NCBI GenBank assembly: GCA_015069325.1
Contig: SVIV01000003.1
Coordinates: forward strand, 11,671 to 75,670
Source of the DNA: Clostridiales bacterium
GTDB taxonomy: Bacteria; Bacillota; Clostridia; Christensenellales; UBA1242
Reading direction: 5' to 3'
Length of the DNA: 64,000 nucleotides
In this document: in pieces, positions 1 to 10,251 of the stretch
Numbering within the stretch: position 1 is the stretch's first letter
Layout: the number at the start of each line of letters is the position of its first letter
The notes under the pieces: model-generated
What the model saw: the letters and a program-made list of their open reading frames with translations, nothing else
Database searches by the model: none
What the model was told of the DNA's origin: nothing
Position numbers and translations under genes: made by a program

Positions 1-1257
1 TTGACTCGCGCCAAACTCAGCAATATCTTGAAGCATAATTTCTTTGCTTGCATTTCTGAAGCCATAAATGCCTTGTTTAATATCGCCAACCGCTGTAAAA
101 TACCCGCCTTCTGCAATAGGCTTTAATATAGACTCTTGAAGCCTATTTGTATCTTGATATTCATCAATAAAAATATAATCATATTTATCTTGCAATGATT
201 TTTTGATTTCATCATCTTTTAAAAGGAAGTGTGCATACTTTTCAATATCTGCAAAGTCCAAAACAGCACGTCTTGCTTTTAATTGAGCATATTTTTCACT
301 AAACAACTGATAGAATTCAAGCAAAGCCTTTGCAAACTTCCCTTCTTTTAAGGCTTTTATTTGTTCTTTTGAAATTCCTTTATAATTGATTGTAATATGC
401 TGACACTCTTTAACATAATCCCTTGCGTTTGATATCAATCTCTTAAAAGTTTTATCAATTTTTCCACGTGGCAAATCGGGAGTCTTAATCTCGCAAACCA
501 TTTGACAAAGCGAATAAAAATCCACATTAAAATCAACTTCATCAATAGAAGGTTTTATAATATTTAAAAATTCAATCCCCTTGTCTGGAATATCTGAAAT
601 CATTTGTGCCTGACAGAGATTTCTTTTCACCTTTTCAATTTTCCCTTTTATGAAGTCAAACAAAAACTCTTCTGACTTTAAATTGTAATGGGCAAAATTT
701 TTTAATAAATCCTTGCGTAATTCTTGCTCATTTGAAAGCGAATCAAAATAACTTTGCATATCAACAATGCATTCTTGAAAACGATCTTTATTCTTTTTAA
801 AGGCAAAATAAAGTTGATTGAATTTGTCTCCATTTAATGAAAATTTTTCAAATGCACTTTGAAACGCCCGCTTTTTTAATGAAACAATTCCGCGTTCGTC
901 TAATATAGAAAAACCTTCATCAATATCAAGTTTGCTTATATTCCTTTTTATGATTTTCTCACAAAATGAGTCAATTGTCGAAATATCACTTATTGACAAA
1001 TCGTCAATTTGTTGCAAGATATAATCGTTTGGTTTTTGCGCAAGCATTGACACATAAAGCCTACTCTTCATCTCTTGTGCTGCTGCCTTAGTAAACGTCA
1101 AAACAAGAAGACGACTGACAGGAACTTTTTTATCGCAAATTAAGGATATCAATTTTTCAATCATAACAAAAGTTTTTCCGCTTCCTGCTGAAGCCGAAAC
1201 TACCACTTTCTTGCCTGTGCTATCCAGAATTTGTTGTTGCTCGTTTGTTAAATTCAT
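1..1257 (-). CDS. addA: ATP-dependent helicase/nuclease subunit A (AddA/RexA), N-terminal 419 codons; gene runs off the left edge
   Basis: My minus-strand translation from ATG 1257 reads MNLTNEQQQILDSTGKKVVVSASAGSGKTFV (UvrD-type Walker A). Further on come DEYQDTN and VGDIKQGIYGFR helicase motifs. It starts 11 nt after addB, as in addBA operons. Confidence 0.85.
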   Translation of the reverse strand, partial: MNLTNEQQQILDSTGKKVVVSASAGSGKTFVMIEKLISLICDKKVPVSRLLVLTFTKAAAQEMKSRLYVSMLAQKPNDYILQQIDDLSISDISTIDSFCEKIIKRNISKLDIDEGFSILDERGIVSLKKRAFQSAFEKFSLNGDKFNQLYFAFKKNKDRFQECIVDMQSYFDSLSNEQELRKDLLKNFAHYNLKSEEFLFDFIKGKIEKVKRNLCQAQMISDIPDKGIEFLNIIKPSIDEVDFNVDFYSLCQMVCEIKTPDLPRGKIDKTFKRLISNARDYVKECQHITINYKGISKEQIKALKEGKFAKALLEFYQLFSEKYAQLKARRAVLDFADIEKYAHFLLKDDEIKKSLQDKYDYIFIDEYQDTNRLQESILKPIAEGGYFTAVGDIKQGIYGFRNASKEIMLQDIAEFGASQ

Positions 1258-1268
1258 ATTGCTCCTTT

Positions 1269-4220
1269 TTAAAATTTAGGGTCTTCCTTATTTGCTCGCA
1301 CACCCTTTTGTCTTTCATATTGACAAAGCGATCCAAAAGGGCACCAATCACAACCACTTTCTGTAGGCTTTGGCTGAATATATCCTTTTTCAATCTCACC
1401 TACTGCCTTTTCACCAACCTTAAAAGCATACTGCGCAAGTTCTTTTAATTGATAAGGACTAATACTTGCTCCTTTATAACCTTTTTCTTCCTTGCGAATT
1501 GGAATGATACTGCTTTTCCCGTAAAGGTCGATATCGCTATCTAATGCATTGATAAGTTTTTCGTCATTATCAACTATTCCTTTCAGAATACTTTCTCTTT
1601 CTTCGCCCTTTGAATAACTAAACTTAGCGTTAAAGTAAAAAACTCCGCCTTCTTTTTTATTGTATTTTTCGCCTGCTACTTTTTGGTATAAGAAAAGTTG
1701 CAACTTTTCGCCATAATATAGTCCTTTAAGCAGACTGCTTGTTTTTCCTGTTTTGTAGTCAATTATACGCAAATATTCATTATACTCATCAATCCTATCC
1801 GCCTTGCCGATAAGTTTATATTTTCCAAGAGAAAGATTATCAAAGCCCACTTCAATATATTTAGGTTTAAATTCACTTTTCTTGTTTTCAAAAACAATAT
1901 CATTTAAAAGTGAAATCATTTGCTTTTTCAAAAAGCCTAAAAGGGAATCTTTTTCTTCTAAATACTCTATCTTTTCTTTAGCTCCTTCGCTTTGCAAAAC
2001 ATAGTCAAAATTATCTTCAACAAATTTGTTTACATTGCAAGTTTCTCTTTCGCCATTCATTATCTTTTGTTCAACAAACATCTCTGCCATTTTATGACAA
2101 ACATTTCCCAAATCTCGCGGATCAAAATGCCTAATCACTTCTTTCAGCTTAAGACCATAATTGGCAAAATGCCTAAACGGACAAACAAAATAACTTTCAA
2201 GTTGAGTTACTTTCACCCTGTCCCCACCAAGCAAAAGCTTGTCAGCATTTACAATTTTTGGATTTCTTGAAAGATAATCAAATGACAAGTCTTTTTCTTT
2301 CAATTCGCTTGCAAGAAGCGCCCCTTCTCCTTTTGCGTCTTTTGTGAAAAACACTCCACGAACATTACGTGGTTGTTGTGAAAAAATGTTATTTAAACTT
2401 TTTACGTATGCAGGAAGTTCGTTCTTTTTTCCTTCGCGATTTGAAATTTGATAAAAGACAAACAGCCTTTCGCTTGCAAGAGAAATGAGATTGAAAAGTT
2501 TAAATCTATTACGCCTGTTGATCATTCGAATGGTCGGCTCTATTTCATTATCCAACCCATTCATTTTTAATTCATCATCGCTAAGCAACCCAATATCTGC
2601 ACTTGTTTGTGGTAAATGCTCTGCCCCCATCACAATAAGGAATGGGCTTTCTTCAAAACCGCTTGAAGATGCTTCGCCAATAAGCACACTATCTAAATAT
2701 GTCGGAACTGTTGAAACCTGTTTGAAAGAAAGCAGTAATTTCAATTTCTTTAAATATTCTGCACAATCACTTTCATCAAGTGAATACTTATCAATAAGAA
2801 GTGTGCATTCTTTAACAATTTCTTCTACCTGCGAATTAATCTTGTAATGTTTCACGTCGCCATCTTCTTTTAGTTTTTCTAAAACAAGATTGTATTTTTC
2901 TTTAACTTTATCACACACTTGTCCTATCACTTTTGAAATATCTTGCACGCTTTTTGCTTTTTCCAAACTAGCAAATTCGTTTGCAAAAGGGTTGTCCTTT
3001 TCAATATATTGCTTATATTTTGCTCGCCCTTCAACTTCATAAACTTTACACTGAAATGCAAGAGATTTTTCTTTCACTAAGATGTTGGAAAAAAAGTCAA
3101 TCAGATTATCCTTTGAAAAACCTGTAACAAAGGTGTTTAAAAATTCAAGAATAAAATTCCCAAGAATAGTTTGATCTGCCGTAATCGAACTGTCTAAATA
3201 ATATGGAATGTCATATCTACTAAACACATCTTCTAATGTATTTTTATACCCTTCTAAATTTCCAAGGGCAATTTGAAAATCGCGATATTTCCTGCCTTTA
3301 TATGTCATATAGCGAATTAGTTTCGCTACCGCTTCAATCTCTGCACTCAAACTGCCCCCGCCATAAATATTATAATATCCATCGTTTTGCGCTTGCACTT
3401 TTTCATAACTATACAGTCCGCGAATAATCGCCTTTTGTTGCAAGGATAAACTCTCATCTTCGTTTATCACTTCAATCTCTCCGCCACAAGTGGAAATTAT
3501 TTTTTTTAGTTTTTCTTGAATATCCTTTTCATAAATATATTCATTACCAACAAAATTTGGATATGCTAGTGCAAAGCCAACCAAATCGCAACACTTCAAA
3601 AGCACACTCACAAATTCAAACGCTTCCTTTGTAAATGCATCATAATGAGCAAAATAAATTCTAGTGTGCTTAAGGACATCGCTTTGTTCCAATTTGTTTT
3701 TAATAAGCTTTAACCTTTCGTTGGCATCAAGCGAACCGGAAAGAAGTCTTTGATATTCATTATAAATCAAAGTAAGGTCGTGATATTTGTGCCCAGTAAC
3801 ACCTTCGGCACTGGAATTCAAACTTTCCCCATCAATACAGGACGATTTAAACTGAGATATAATTTTGTTTATCTCATAACAAAAATTAATGTTACTTTTT
3901 TTAAAAACAATAAAATCCTTCTTGACGTTTTCAATCGCCATCTGCGTGATAAGCAAACTCTCCCCGCTTGAAATAACTTCACATCTGCCTAGTCCAAGTT
4001 TTTGCATTAATTCATTCGCAAGCGAAGAAAGTGTTTTAACTCTTATATTAAATAAACTGCCACCGTTAGAAAGGTCAAGCACCATTTTTTCAGTCAAAAG
4101 TGAATATTTGTCTGGCACAACAATAATGTTGTCAATCATAAAATCACTATTGTCAATCTTTGACAACATAAACTTCGCGCTATTAAATATAGTTGAACTT
4201 TGATATAATTTTAGTCTCAT
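1269..4220 (-). CDS. addB: ATP-dependent helicase/deoxyribonuclease subunit B (AddB/RexB type)
   Basis: 983-aa ORF. The C-terminus has a RecB-type nuclease motif (GKADRIDEY...IIDYKTGK) bracketed by Fe-S cysteines (CPFRHF ... CDWCPFGSLC). The N-terminus has no GxxGxGK[ST] Walker A, as in RexB-type subunits. Lies directly upstream of addA. Confidence 0.85.
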   Translation of the reverse strand: MRLKLYQSSTIFNSAKFMLSKIDNSDFMIDNIIVVPDKYSLLTEKMVLDLSNGGSLFNIRVKTLSSLANELMQKLGLGRCEVISSGESLLITQMAIENVKKDFIVFKKSNINFCYEINKIISQFKSSCIDGESLNSSAEGVTGHKYHDLTLIYNEYQRLLSGSLDANERLKLIKNKLEQSDVLKHTRIYFAHYDAFTKEAFEFVSVLLKCCDLVGFALAYPNFVGNEYIYEKDIQEKLKKIISTCGGEIEVINEDESLSLQQKAIIRGLYSYEKVQAQNDGYYNIYGGGSLSAEIEAVAKLIRYMTYKGRKYRDFQIALGNLEGYKNTLEDVFSRYDIPYYLDSSITADQTILGNFILEFLNTFVTGFSKDNLIDFFSNILVKEKSLAFQCKVYEVEGRAKYKQYIEKDNPFANEFASLEKAKSVQDISKVIGQVCDKVKEKYNLVLEKLKEDGDVKHYKINSQVEEIVKECTLLIDKYSLDESDCAEYLKKLKLLLSFKQVSTVPTYLDSVLIGEASSSGFEESPFLIVMGAEHLPQTSADIGLLSDDELKMNGLDNEIEPTIRMINRRNRFKLFNLISLASERLFVFYQISNREGKKNELPAYVKSLNNIFSQQPRNVRGVFFTKDAKGEGALLASELKEKDLSFDYLSRNPKIVNADKLLLGGDRVKVTQLESYFVCPFRHFANYGLKLKEVIRHFDPRDLGNVCHKMAEMFVEQKIMNGERETCNVNKFVEDNFDYVLQSEGAKEKIEYLEEKDSLLGFLKKQMISLLNDIVFENKKSEFKPKYIEVGFDNLSLGKYKLIGKADRIDEYNEYLRIIDYKTGKTSSLLKGLYYGEKLQLFLYQKVAGEKYNKKEGGVFYFNAKFSYSKGEERESILKGIVDNDEKLINALDSDIDLYGKSSIIPIRKEEKGYKGASISPYQLKELAQYAFKVGEKAVGEIEKGYIQPKPTESGCDWCPFGSLCQYERQKGVRANKEDPKF

Positions 4221-4274
4221 ACAATCATTTTAACATAAAATCAAAAAAAAATAAAGGGATATATTATCCCTTTT

Positions 4275-5042
4275 TTATTTTTCTAAAACTTCATCTTTAT
4301 TAAATGTCTTTTCTAAAAACTTTTGACGGAGACTCTTTGCCTTATCGCACCTTGAAAGCACCAAAGTATCACTAAGCAATTGGTTTTCTTTTTTTAATTG
4401 AATATATTTTTCTTTTATTTCATCAATCTGTTTTTCTTGCAAATGAAGTTGGGCCAGCATCTTTTTCAGCTTATCATTTGCTTCATTTAATTTTTGTTTA
4501 AACTGAGCTTCGCCTTCCAACAATGCATTTTTTTTGACCAAGCGAACAAGCCCCATAAACAACGATTGCACTTCCGAGTCTGAAAGACCTTTTGCTGGTT
4601 TTTGAAAAGCAATAATATTATCTGCTCTTGGACTTGGCTTTTGCTTTGAAATATAGTTGCGATATTTGTTTTGATATCTTAAAAGTTTATCCACATTTCC
4701 ACCAGCCAGAGTTAAACAAGCCCGTCTTGTGCTTAGCCCTTGTGCCTTCAAGTTGTTGATTTCCTGCATCAGCAAATTTTCTTCGCCTTTAGAAAAATAT
4801 TCAATTGTTGTTTTTTTATGCAAAGATAAATCTATATTTAATTCTTTTGCCCTTTGGGAATCTTTTGTTAAATTATCTATTTCGTGATAATAATAATTAC
4901 GCACGCTGTTTTGCTTGCGCACATACTTACTTGCATGCAAGGCAAAAGCATCTTTTATCGGTTTATTTTCTTGTTTATGTCTTTCAATCAAACTAAACAA
5001 TTCTTTAACTTCTTGGGAGTCCCAAACACCTTTCATATTCAC
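4275..5042 (-). CDS. Hypothetical protein; N-terminus loosely resembles a Myb/SANT-like (RsfA-like) DNA-binding repeat, C-terminus is coiled-coil
   Basis: 255-aa ORF. W-x6-E-x2-L...AF...R-x-YYY spacing at the N-terminus and a K/E/Q-rich C-terminal helix. The family assignment is only pattern resemblance. Confidence 0.5.
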   Translation of the reverse strand: MNMKGVWDSQEVKELFSLIERHKQENKPIKDAFALHASKYVRKQNSVRNYYYHEIDNLTKDSQRAKELNIDLSLHKKTTIEYFSKGEENLLMQEINNLKAQGLSTRRACLTLAGGNVDKLLRYQNKYRNYISKQKPSPRADNIIAFQKPAKGLSDSEVQSLFMGLVRLVKKNALLEGEAQFKQKLNEANDKLKKMLAQLHLQEKQIDEIKEKYIQLKKENQLLSDTLVLSRCDKAKSLRQKFLEKTFNKDEVLEK

Positions 5043-5123
5043 CTCTCGGTAAATTTATAGCCAACTACTTTTTATTTTATACATATCTTGCATTTTATAT
5101 TTTCTCATTTCATAAATTATCCT

Positions 5124-5975
5124 ATGAAAACAATAATATATTCTACCTTTGATTGCTTATTAAAAACTCCTTCTTTGGAAAAAGAACTATTATCTAAAAA
5201 AAATATTTCCTTTGACGAAATTAATGAAGAAATCTCAGTTTATCCTATGGGCAGGTCGAAAATCATTCCCTTCACAATTTCTCCGCCCTTTAAAAGCCCA
5301 TTTTACAAGACAATTATTTATAATGACGCCCGTTTAATATTTTTACTCGACGGCATTTATGTGCAAAACGTCCAAGTCTATAATTTTACACATAACGGAA
5401 GGCAAAGCCGAGTTGAAATAGCCACAAAAGAAATCCACTTTTCCACAAACCGCACAAAAAAAATCCTTCACCTGCCCCAACATTTTGACCGTTTCAATTG
5501 CGATAAATCTTATCATATTAATTATGTCCTTTGCGAAAACTGTCAAGAATCACTTTTTGTCGCATTTAATACAATTAATGGAAAAGTCAAAACCTTTGAC
5601 GGCGAAAAAATAGAACTGAAAAACAACCAAATTTCAATAAAGTGCAAAAATGGCGACAACCTAAATCTATATTTAGATAAAGACGGCTTAAAACAAAAGG
5701 AAAAAACGTTTAATGAAAAAGCATTTTACAACCCTTTATATGTTGCGAACAACTTTATGAATGAAATTAAAAAAGGCGAATATTTATCTGCTTTAAACTT
5801 CCTTTCTCCACATCTTAAAGAGATTCATTCTTCATTAAGTTTGCAAGAGTATTTTGGAGAAATATCCTATATATTCCCTATAGACCTTTATACCATTTTT
5901 GCATTATCCAATGACAAAGAAAAAATATATTCATTTGAAATCGAAAAAGGAAAAATTGTTGATATAAGCGACTAA
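5124..5975 (+). CDS. Hypothetical protein
   Basis: Long ORF. The track start at 5088 is TTG; I prefer the first ATG (MKTIIYSTF). No recognisable motifs and no clear SD. Confidence 0.5.
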   Translation: MKTIIYSTFDCLLKTPSLEKELLSKKNISFDEINEEISVYPMGRSKIIPFTISPPFKSPFYKTIIYNDARLIFLLDGIYVQNVQVYNFTHNGRQSRVEIATKEIHFSTNRTKKILHLPQHFDRFNCDKSYHINYVLCENCQESLFVAFNTINGKVKTFDGEKIELKNNQISIKCKNGDNLNLYLDKDGLKQKEKTFNEKAFYNPLYVANNFMNEIKKGEYLSALNFLSPHLKEIHSSLSLQEYFGEISYIFPIDLYTIFALSNDKEKIYSFEIEKGKIVDISD

Positions 5976-6049
5976 AAAAAGAATGGCTTGCCATTCTTTT
6001 TTTCTAGTTTTTTGATTTAGCCCTTTTGTTTTCTTGTCAAAAAAGCTAA

Positions 6050-6364
6050 CTATGCTTCTGTTTTTGGTGCATTGGCTTCGGCTAGTTCTTTTTTCAAAAG
6101 TTGATCGCCAATTCTGGTAATAACGGAACCACATACAAAGATAATGATAAAAGGAATAGCGATAAGCCACGCTGTCAATGCCGTTTCTGTATCAGAATGT
6201 AAAAATAAAACAATAAAGGCAATCATACACGCAATAATTCCTGATAATCCTATTGCTAAAATGCTTCCACCAACAATTCTGTATTTTTGTTTAATTCTTC
6301 TTGCTTTTGTTAAATCATTTTTTCTCAAAAGCCTTTCATTCATTTTTTCTATATATCTTTCCAT
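6050..6364 (-). CDS. Small membrane protein (two predicted TM helices)
   Basis: 104 aa with two hydrophobic stretches (GGSILAIGLSGIIACMIAFIVLFL and WLIAIPFIIIFVCGSVI) after a basic N-terminus. Confidence 0.55.
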   Translation of the reverse strand: MERYIEKMNERLLRKNDLTKARRIKQKYRIVGGSILAIGLSGIIACMIAFIVLFLHSDTETALTAWLIAIPFIIIFVCGSVITRIGDQLLKKELAEANAPKTEA

Positions 6365-6503
6365 TGCGTCCCCTTAATTTGATTTTAACATACTATCTTT
6401 AAAAATCAAAATATTTTAACATATTTTAATCACTACTTTTTTAAATATACTTGATTTTATATGTTTAACTATGATATTATATAAGCAAACATAAGGAGAT
6501 ATA

Positions 6504-7928
6504 ATGAAAAATAAAGCAATTACAAGTAGAGATGAAGATTTTGCAAAATGGTATACAGACGTTGTTAAAGCAGCAAAACTTGCAGATTATTCAAATGTAA
6601 AAGGTTGCGTGATTTTAGAGCCAAATGGTTATGCCATTTGGGAAAAAATGCAAGCAGAACTCGACAAAAAATTTAAACTTCTTGGACATCAAAATGTGTA
6701 TATGCCTGTGCTTATTCCTGAATCTCTTCTTAAAAAAGAAGGTGAACTAATTGCTGGATTTGCTCCAGAAGGGGCTTGGGTAACTATTGGCGGAAACAAG
6801 CCTTTGGAAGAAAGAATGATGATTCGTCCTACAAGCGAAACTCTTTTTAGTGATTATTATGCAAGCAAGGTAAGCTCTTATAGAGATTTGCCACTTCTTT
6901 ACAATCAATGGTGTAATGTTATGCGTTGGGAGAAAGAAACAAGACCTTTTCTTCGCACACGTGAATTTTTATGGCAAGAAGGACACACTGTTCACGAAAC
7001 TGCAAAAGAAGCGGAAGAAGAAACTTTGCAAATGCTTAATGTTTATCGTCATTTCTTTGAAGATATTCTTGCAATACCTGTAATCACAGGAAAGAAAACA
7101 GAAAAAGAAAAGTTTGCTGGTGCTGAATATACTTGCACGGTTGAAGCGCTTATGTATAACGGCGTTTCACTTCAAAGCGCAACTTCTCACTACTTTGGAC
7201 AAAAATTTTCTAAAGCTTATGGCATTCAATTTTTAAACAGAGAAAACAAACTTGAAAATGCATACCAAACTTCTTGGGGTTGCACAACTCGTATGATAGG
7301 TGCGCTTATTATGGTGCACAGCGATGACAACGGACTTGTTCTCCCACCAAGAATTGCACCAAGACAAGTTGTAATTGTTCCTATCGGCACAGACGAAGAA
7401 GTTTTTACACTCGCTGATCAATACAATAAAAAACTTATTGCAAATGGAATTTCTTCATTTGTAGATAAAACAGAAAGAAGCCCAGGATTTAAATTTGCTG
7501 AACATGAAGTAAACGGAATACCTGTCCGCATTGAAATTGGCGTGAGAGATTTAGCTGAAAATATGATTACCCTTGCTCGTCGTGATACAAGAGAAAAAAT
7601 TAAGGTATCAAAAGACTGCGACATCGTGGAAGAAGTCTCTCACTTAATGTCTGCAATTCAACAGAATCTTTTTGAAAGTGCAAAAAAACGAAATGATGAA
7701 AAAACATTTAATGCCTTTACTTTGGAAGAAGTTGAAAAAATTATGAACACTCAACCTGGTTTTGTAAAAGCAATGTGGTGCGGTGATGAAGCATGTGAAC
7801 TTAAAATGAAGGAAATTCGCGGAACAAAATCTAGATGCATTTTAGAAAACGAACCTGCAATTTCAAACAAATGCGTATGTTGCGGGAAAGAAGCTAAACA
7901 CCTTGTAGTATGGGGAATTCAATACTAA
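6504..7928 (+). CDS. proS: Proline--tRNA ligase (archaeal/eukaryote-like class II type)
   Basis: 474 aa. The N-terminus ITSRDEDFAKWYTDVVKAAKLADYSNVKGCVILEPNGYAIWE and the C-terminal Cys cluster with terminal Tyr are typical of this ProRS type. AAGGAG lies 7 nt upstream of the ATG. Confidence 0.95.
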   Translation: MKNKAITSRDEDFAKWYTDVVKAAKLADYSNVKGCVILEPNGYAIWEKMQAELDKKFKLLGHQNVYMPVLIPESLLKKEGELIAGFAPEGAWVTIGGNKPLEERMMIRPTSETLFSDYYASKVSSYRDLPLLYNQWCNVMRWEKETRPFLRTREFLWQEGHTVHETAKEAEEETLQMLNVYRHFFEDILAIPVITGKKTEKEKFAGAEYTCTVEALMYNGVSLQSATSHYFGQKFSKAYGIQFLNRENKLENAYQTSWGCTTRMIGALIMVHSDDNGLVLPPRIAPRQVVIVPIGTDEEVFTLADQYNKKLIANGISSFVDKTERSPGFKFAEHEVNGIPVRIEIGVRDLAENMITLARRDTREKIKVSKDCDIVEEVSHLMSAIQQNLFESAKKRNDEKTFNAFTLEEVEKIMNTQPGFVKAMWCGDEACELKMKEIRGTKSRCILENEPAISNKCVCCGKEAKHLVVWGIQY

Positions 7929-8023
7929 CAAACTTGGTTTGCATCATAATAAAATATTTTAAAAAGTAAATTTAAACACAGATAAAATCACTACTTTCTA
8001 GTGATATAATGGAGATAAAAAAA

Positions 8024-8281
8024 ATGAGATATACTTATATTCCTAAAAATGTTTGTGCGAGAAAAATAGAATTTGATATTAACAATAATATTATTACAAA
8101 TGTTTCTTTTGCTGGTGGCTGTGATGGAAATTTAAAAGCAATTTCAAAACTTGTTGAAGGAATGAACGCAGAAGACATTATTTCAAAATTATCAGGAAAT
8201 ACTTGTGGATTTAAAAACACATCTTGTGCAGATCAACTTGCAAACGCAATAAAAGAAGCAATGCAAAAAATAAAAAACTGA
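8024..8281 (+). CDS. TSCPD-domain protein (TIGR03905-like)
   Basis: YTYIPKNVCARKIEFDI...VSFAGGCDGNLKAISKLVEGM...GNTCGFKNTSCADQLA. Start moved to ATG 8024, which has GGAGA 8 nt upstream. Confidence 0.8.
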   Translation: MRYTYIPKNVCARKIEFDINNNIITNVSFAGGCDGNLKAISKLVEGMNAEDIISKLSGNTCGFKNTSCADQLANAIKEAMQKIKN

Positions 8282-8329
8282 GAGATTAGTTTAACACTTT
8301 TGAAACTAGCAAAATAATTTTAAACAAAA

Positions 8330-8361
8330 ACACTTTATCATAATAGATAAGGTGTTTTTTA
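8330..8361 (+). terminator. Rho-independent terminator after the TSCPD gene
   Basis: ACACTTTATC (8330-8339) pairs with GATAAGGTGT (8346-8355) with one G-U pair, followed by TTTTT. Confidence 0.6.
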
Positions 8362-8362
8362 G

Positions 8363-8391
8363 TTGACAAATGTTTATCATAAAAGTATTAT
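8363..8391 (+). promoter_or_regulatory. SigA-type promoter of the abrB-like/ABC operon
   Basis: TTGACA (8363-8368), a 17-bp spacer, then TATTAT (8386-8391), about 45 nt upstream of the ATG at 8434. Confidence 0.5.
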
Positions 8392-8433
8392 AAGTATGAA
8401 AAGTATAACTTATTATACTAAAAGGAGTTTGAT

Positions 8434-8643
8434 ATGGATAAAAATAAAACTGATAAAAACAAATTTGTTGGTATTTGCAAAGTTGGCGAAAAAGGACAAA
8501 TTGTTATACCAAAAGAAATAAGAACTATGTTTGACATAAATCCTGGAGATTCAGTTATTGCTCTTTGTGATAAAGAAAAAGGCATTGCCTTATTAAAAGC
8601 AGATGTGATTGATGGTTTAACTGATAGAGTGTTGAAACAATAA
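8434..8643 (+). CDS. AbrB/MazE/SpoVT-family DNA-binding protein
   Basis: 69 aa with the swapped-hairpin signature KVGEKGQIVIPKEIRTMFDINPGDSV. AAGGAG SD present. Confidence 0.8.
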   Translation: MDKNKTDKNKFVGICKVGEKGQIVIPKEIRTMFDINPGDSVIALCDKEKGIALLKADVIDGLTDRVLKQ

Positions 8644-8656
8644 GGAGCTTCGTTGT

Positions 8657-9376
8657 ATGAATATTATAACAATTGACAATGTTTGTAAGAACTATAAAAC
8701 AAAAAAGGCATTGGACAATGTCTCTTTAACAATAAAACAAGGTGAATTATTTGGACTTTTGGGTGTAAATGGTGCTGGGAAAACAACTCTAATTAAAATT
8801 CTTTGTGGTTTAACAAGAAAAACAAGTGGAACCATAACAATAAATAATTTTAATTTAGACAAAGAGATTGATGAAATTAAAGAAATAATAGATGTATCAC
8901 CACAAGAAACATCAGTGGCAAACAACTTAACTGTAAAAGAAAATTTAGAATTTTTTGCAAATATATACAACAAGAATAATACTAATACAATAAATGAAAT
9001 TGTAGATATTTTTGATTTAAATGAAGTGTTAAATCAAAGAGCAAAAACCTTATCTGGTGGTTATAAAAGAAGATTGTCTATTGCAATTGCCTTAATTTCT
9101 AAACCAAAAATTTTATTTCTTGATGAGCCAACACTTGGTTTAGATGTTTTTGCTAGGCGTGAACTTTGGAATATTATAAAGAGACTACAAAAAAATATTA
9201 CTATTATTTTAACTTCACACTATTTAGAAGAAATAGAAAATTTGTGTGATAGAGTTGCAATATTGTCAAATGGCAAATTGTTAAAAACAGGAACAATTGA
9301 AGAAATAAAACAAATAACAAACGCACAAAACTTTGAAGATGCTTTTATAAAGTTAGTGGAGGCAAATAATGAATAA
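8657..9376 (+). CDS. ABC transporter ATP-binding protein
   Basis: Walker A GVNGAGKTT, signature LSGGYKRR, Walker B ILFLDEPT. Confidence 0.9.
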   Translation: MNIITIDNVCKNYKTKKALDNVSLTIKQGELFGLLGVNGAGKTTLIKILCGLTRKTSGTITINNFNLDKEIDEIKEIIDVSPQETSVANNLTVKENLEFFANIYNKNNTNTINEIVDIFDLNEVLNQRAKTLSGGYKRRLSIAIALISKPKILFLDEPTLGLDVFARRELWNIIKRLQKNITIILTSHYLEEIENLCDRVAILSNGKLLKTGTIEEIKQITNAQNFEDAFIKLVEANNE

Positions 9377-10151
9377 AGTTGTAAATTTTTATAAAAGAAA
9401 CTTAAAAGAACTTTTAAGAGACCCTATCATATATATTTTTTCTTTAGGGTTTCCTATTGCAATGTTTTTGTTGTTTTATATAATCAACAAGTTTTCAAAT
9501 GGACAAACTCCAACCTTTGAAGTATTATCTTTACTTCCTGGAATTATTGTATTTTCTTATTCTTTTGTTATGTTAACTCTTGCAATTATAGTATCAAAAG
9601 ACAGACTAACGTTTTTCTTAAAAAGACTATATTCTTCTCCAATGAAATCTTATCATTTTATATCAGGATATTTTCTTGTTGGTCTATTTATAGGATTATT
9701 GCAAACAATGGTTTGTGTTATAACTGGACTTATAATTTCTCTAATATCTAATGTTGGTTTTATATCTATTGGAAATATTTTGCTTTTAATTATTGCACAA
9801 TTACCTATACTTATTACAAATATCTTTTTAGGAATATTGTTTGGAACTATATTTAATGATAAATCAGCACCGGGTATTTGTTCTGTATTTATAAGTTTGG
9901 CTGGAATACTTGGTGGTTGTTGGATGCCAATTGAAACTATGGGTGCTTTTGAATCATTTTGTAGATTTTTACCATTCTATCCATCAGTTTATATTGGTAG
10001 AATAATTACAAATTCAACAAACGCATTAGGAACACAATATATTTTCGATAGTGTAGCAAGTTTGGGACTAATTCCTATATTTATATTTATGATTGCTAGT
10101 ATAATACTAACAATATTTGCATTTAAGAAAAATATGGTTAGTGATAAATAA
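9369..10151 (+). CDS. ABC-2 type transporter permease
   Basis: 260 aa, about 6 TM helices. Its start overlaps the ATPase stop by 8 nt (translational coupling). Confidence 0.75.
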   Translation: MNKVVNFYKRNLKELLRDPIIYIFSLGFPIAMFLLFYIINKFSNGQTPTFEVLSLLPGIIVFSYSFVMLTLAIIVSKDRLTFFLKRLYSSPMKSYHFISGYFLVGLFIGLLQTMVCVITGLIISLISNVGFISIGNILLLIIAQLPILITNIFLGILFGTIFNDKSAPGICSVFISLAGILGGCWMPIETMGAFESFCRFLPFYPSVYIGRIITNSTNALGTQYIFDSVASLGLIPIFIFMIASIILTIFAFKKNMVSDK

Positions 10152-10175
10152 AAATTTTTAAATTGGCACTGTGAC

Positions 10176-10229
10176 GTGTGCTTGTCTTGATACAAGTGTT
10201 CTCGCTTCGCTCGAACACGACAAGCACAC
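10176..10229. repeat. Long interrupted inverted repeat (17 bp of stem)
   Basis: GTGTGCTTGTC (10176-10186) and GTGTTC (10196-10201) pair with GAACAC-GACAAGCACAC (10213-10229). Conspicuously GC-rich against the local background. Confidence 0.7.
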
Positions 10230-10251
10230 AAATAAAACTAAATTAAAGCAG

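Noticed and set aside
6365-6503. T-box leader upstream of proS (and likewise upstream of trpS at 39120-39549)
   Set aside because: The proS spacer is only about 140 bp. Neither region contains the conserved T-box sequence or a specifier-loop/terminator-antiterminator arrangement that I can see. A covariance-model scan would be needed to be certain.
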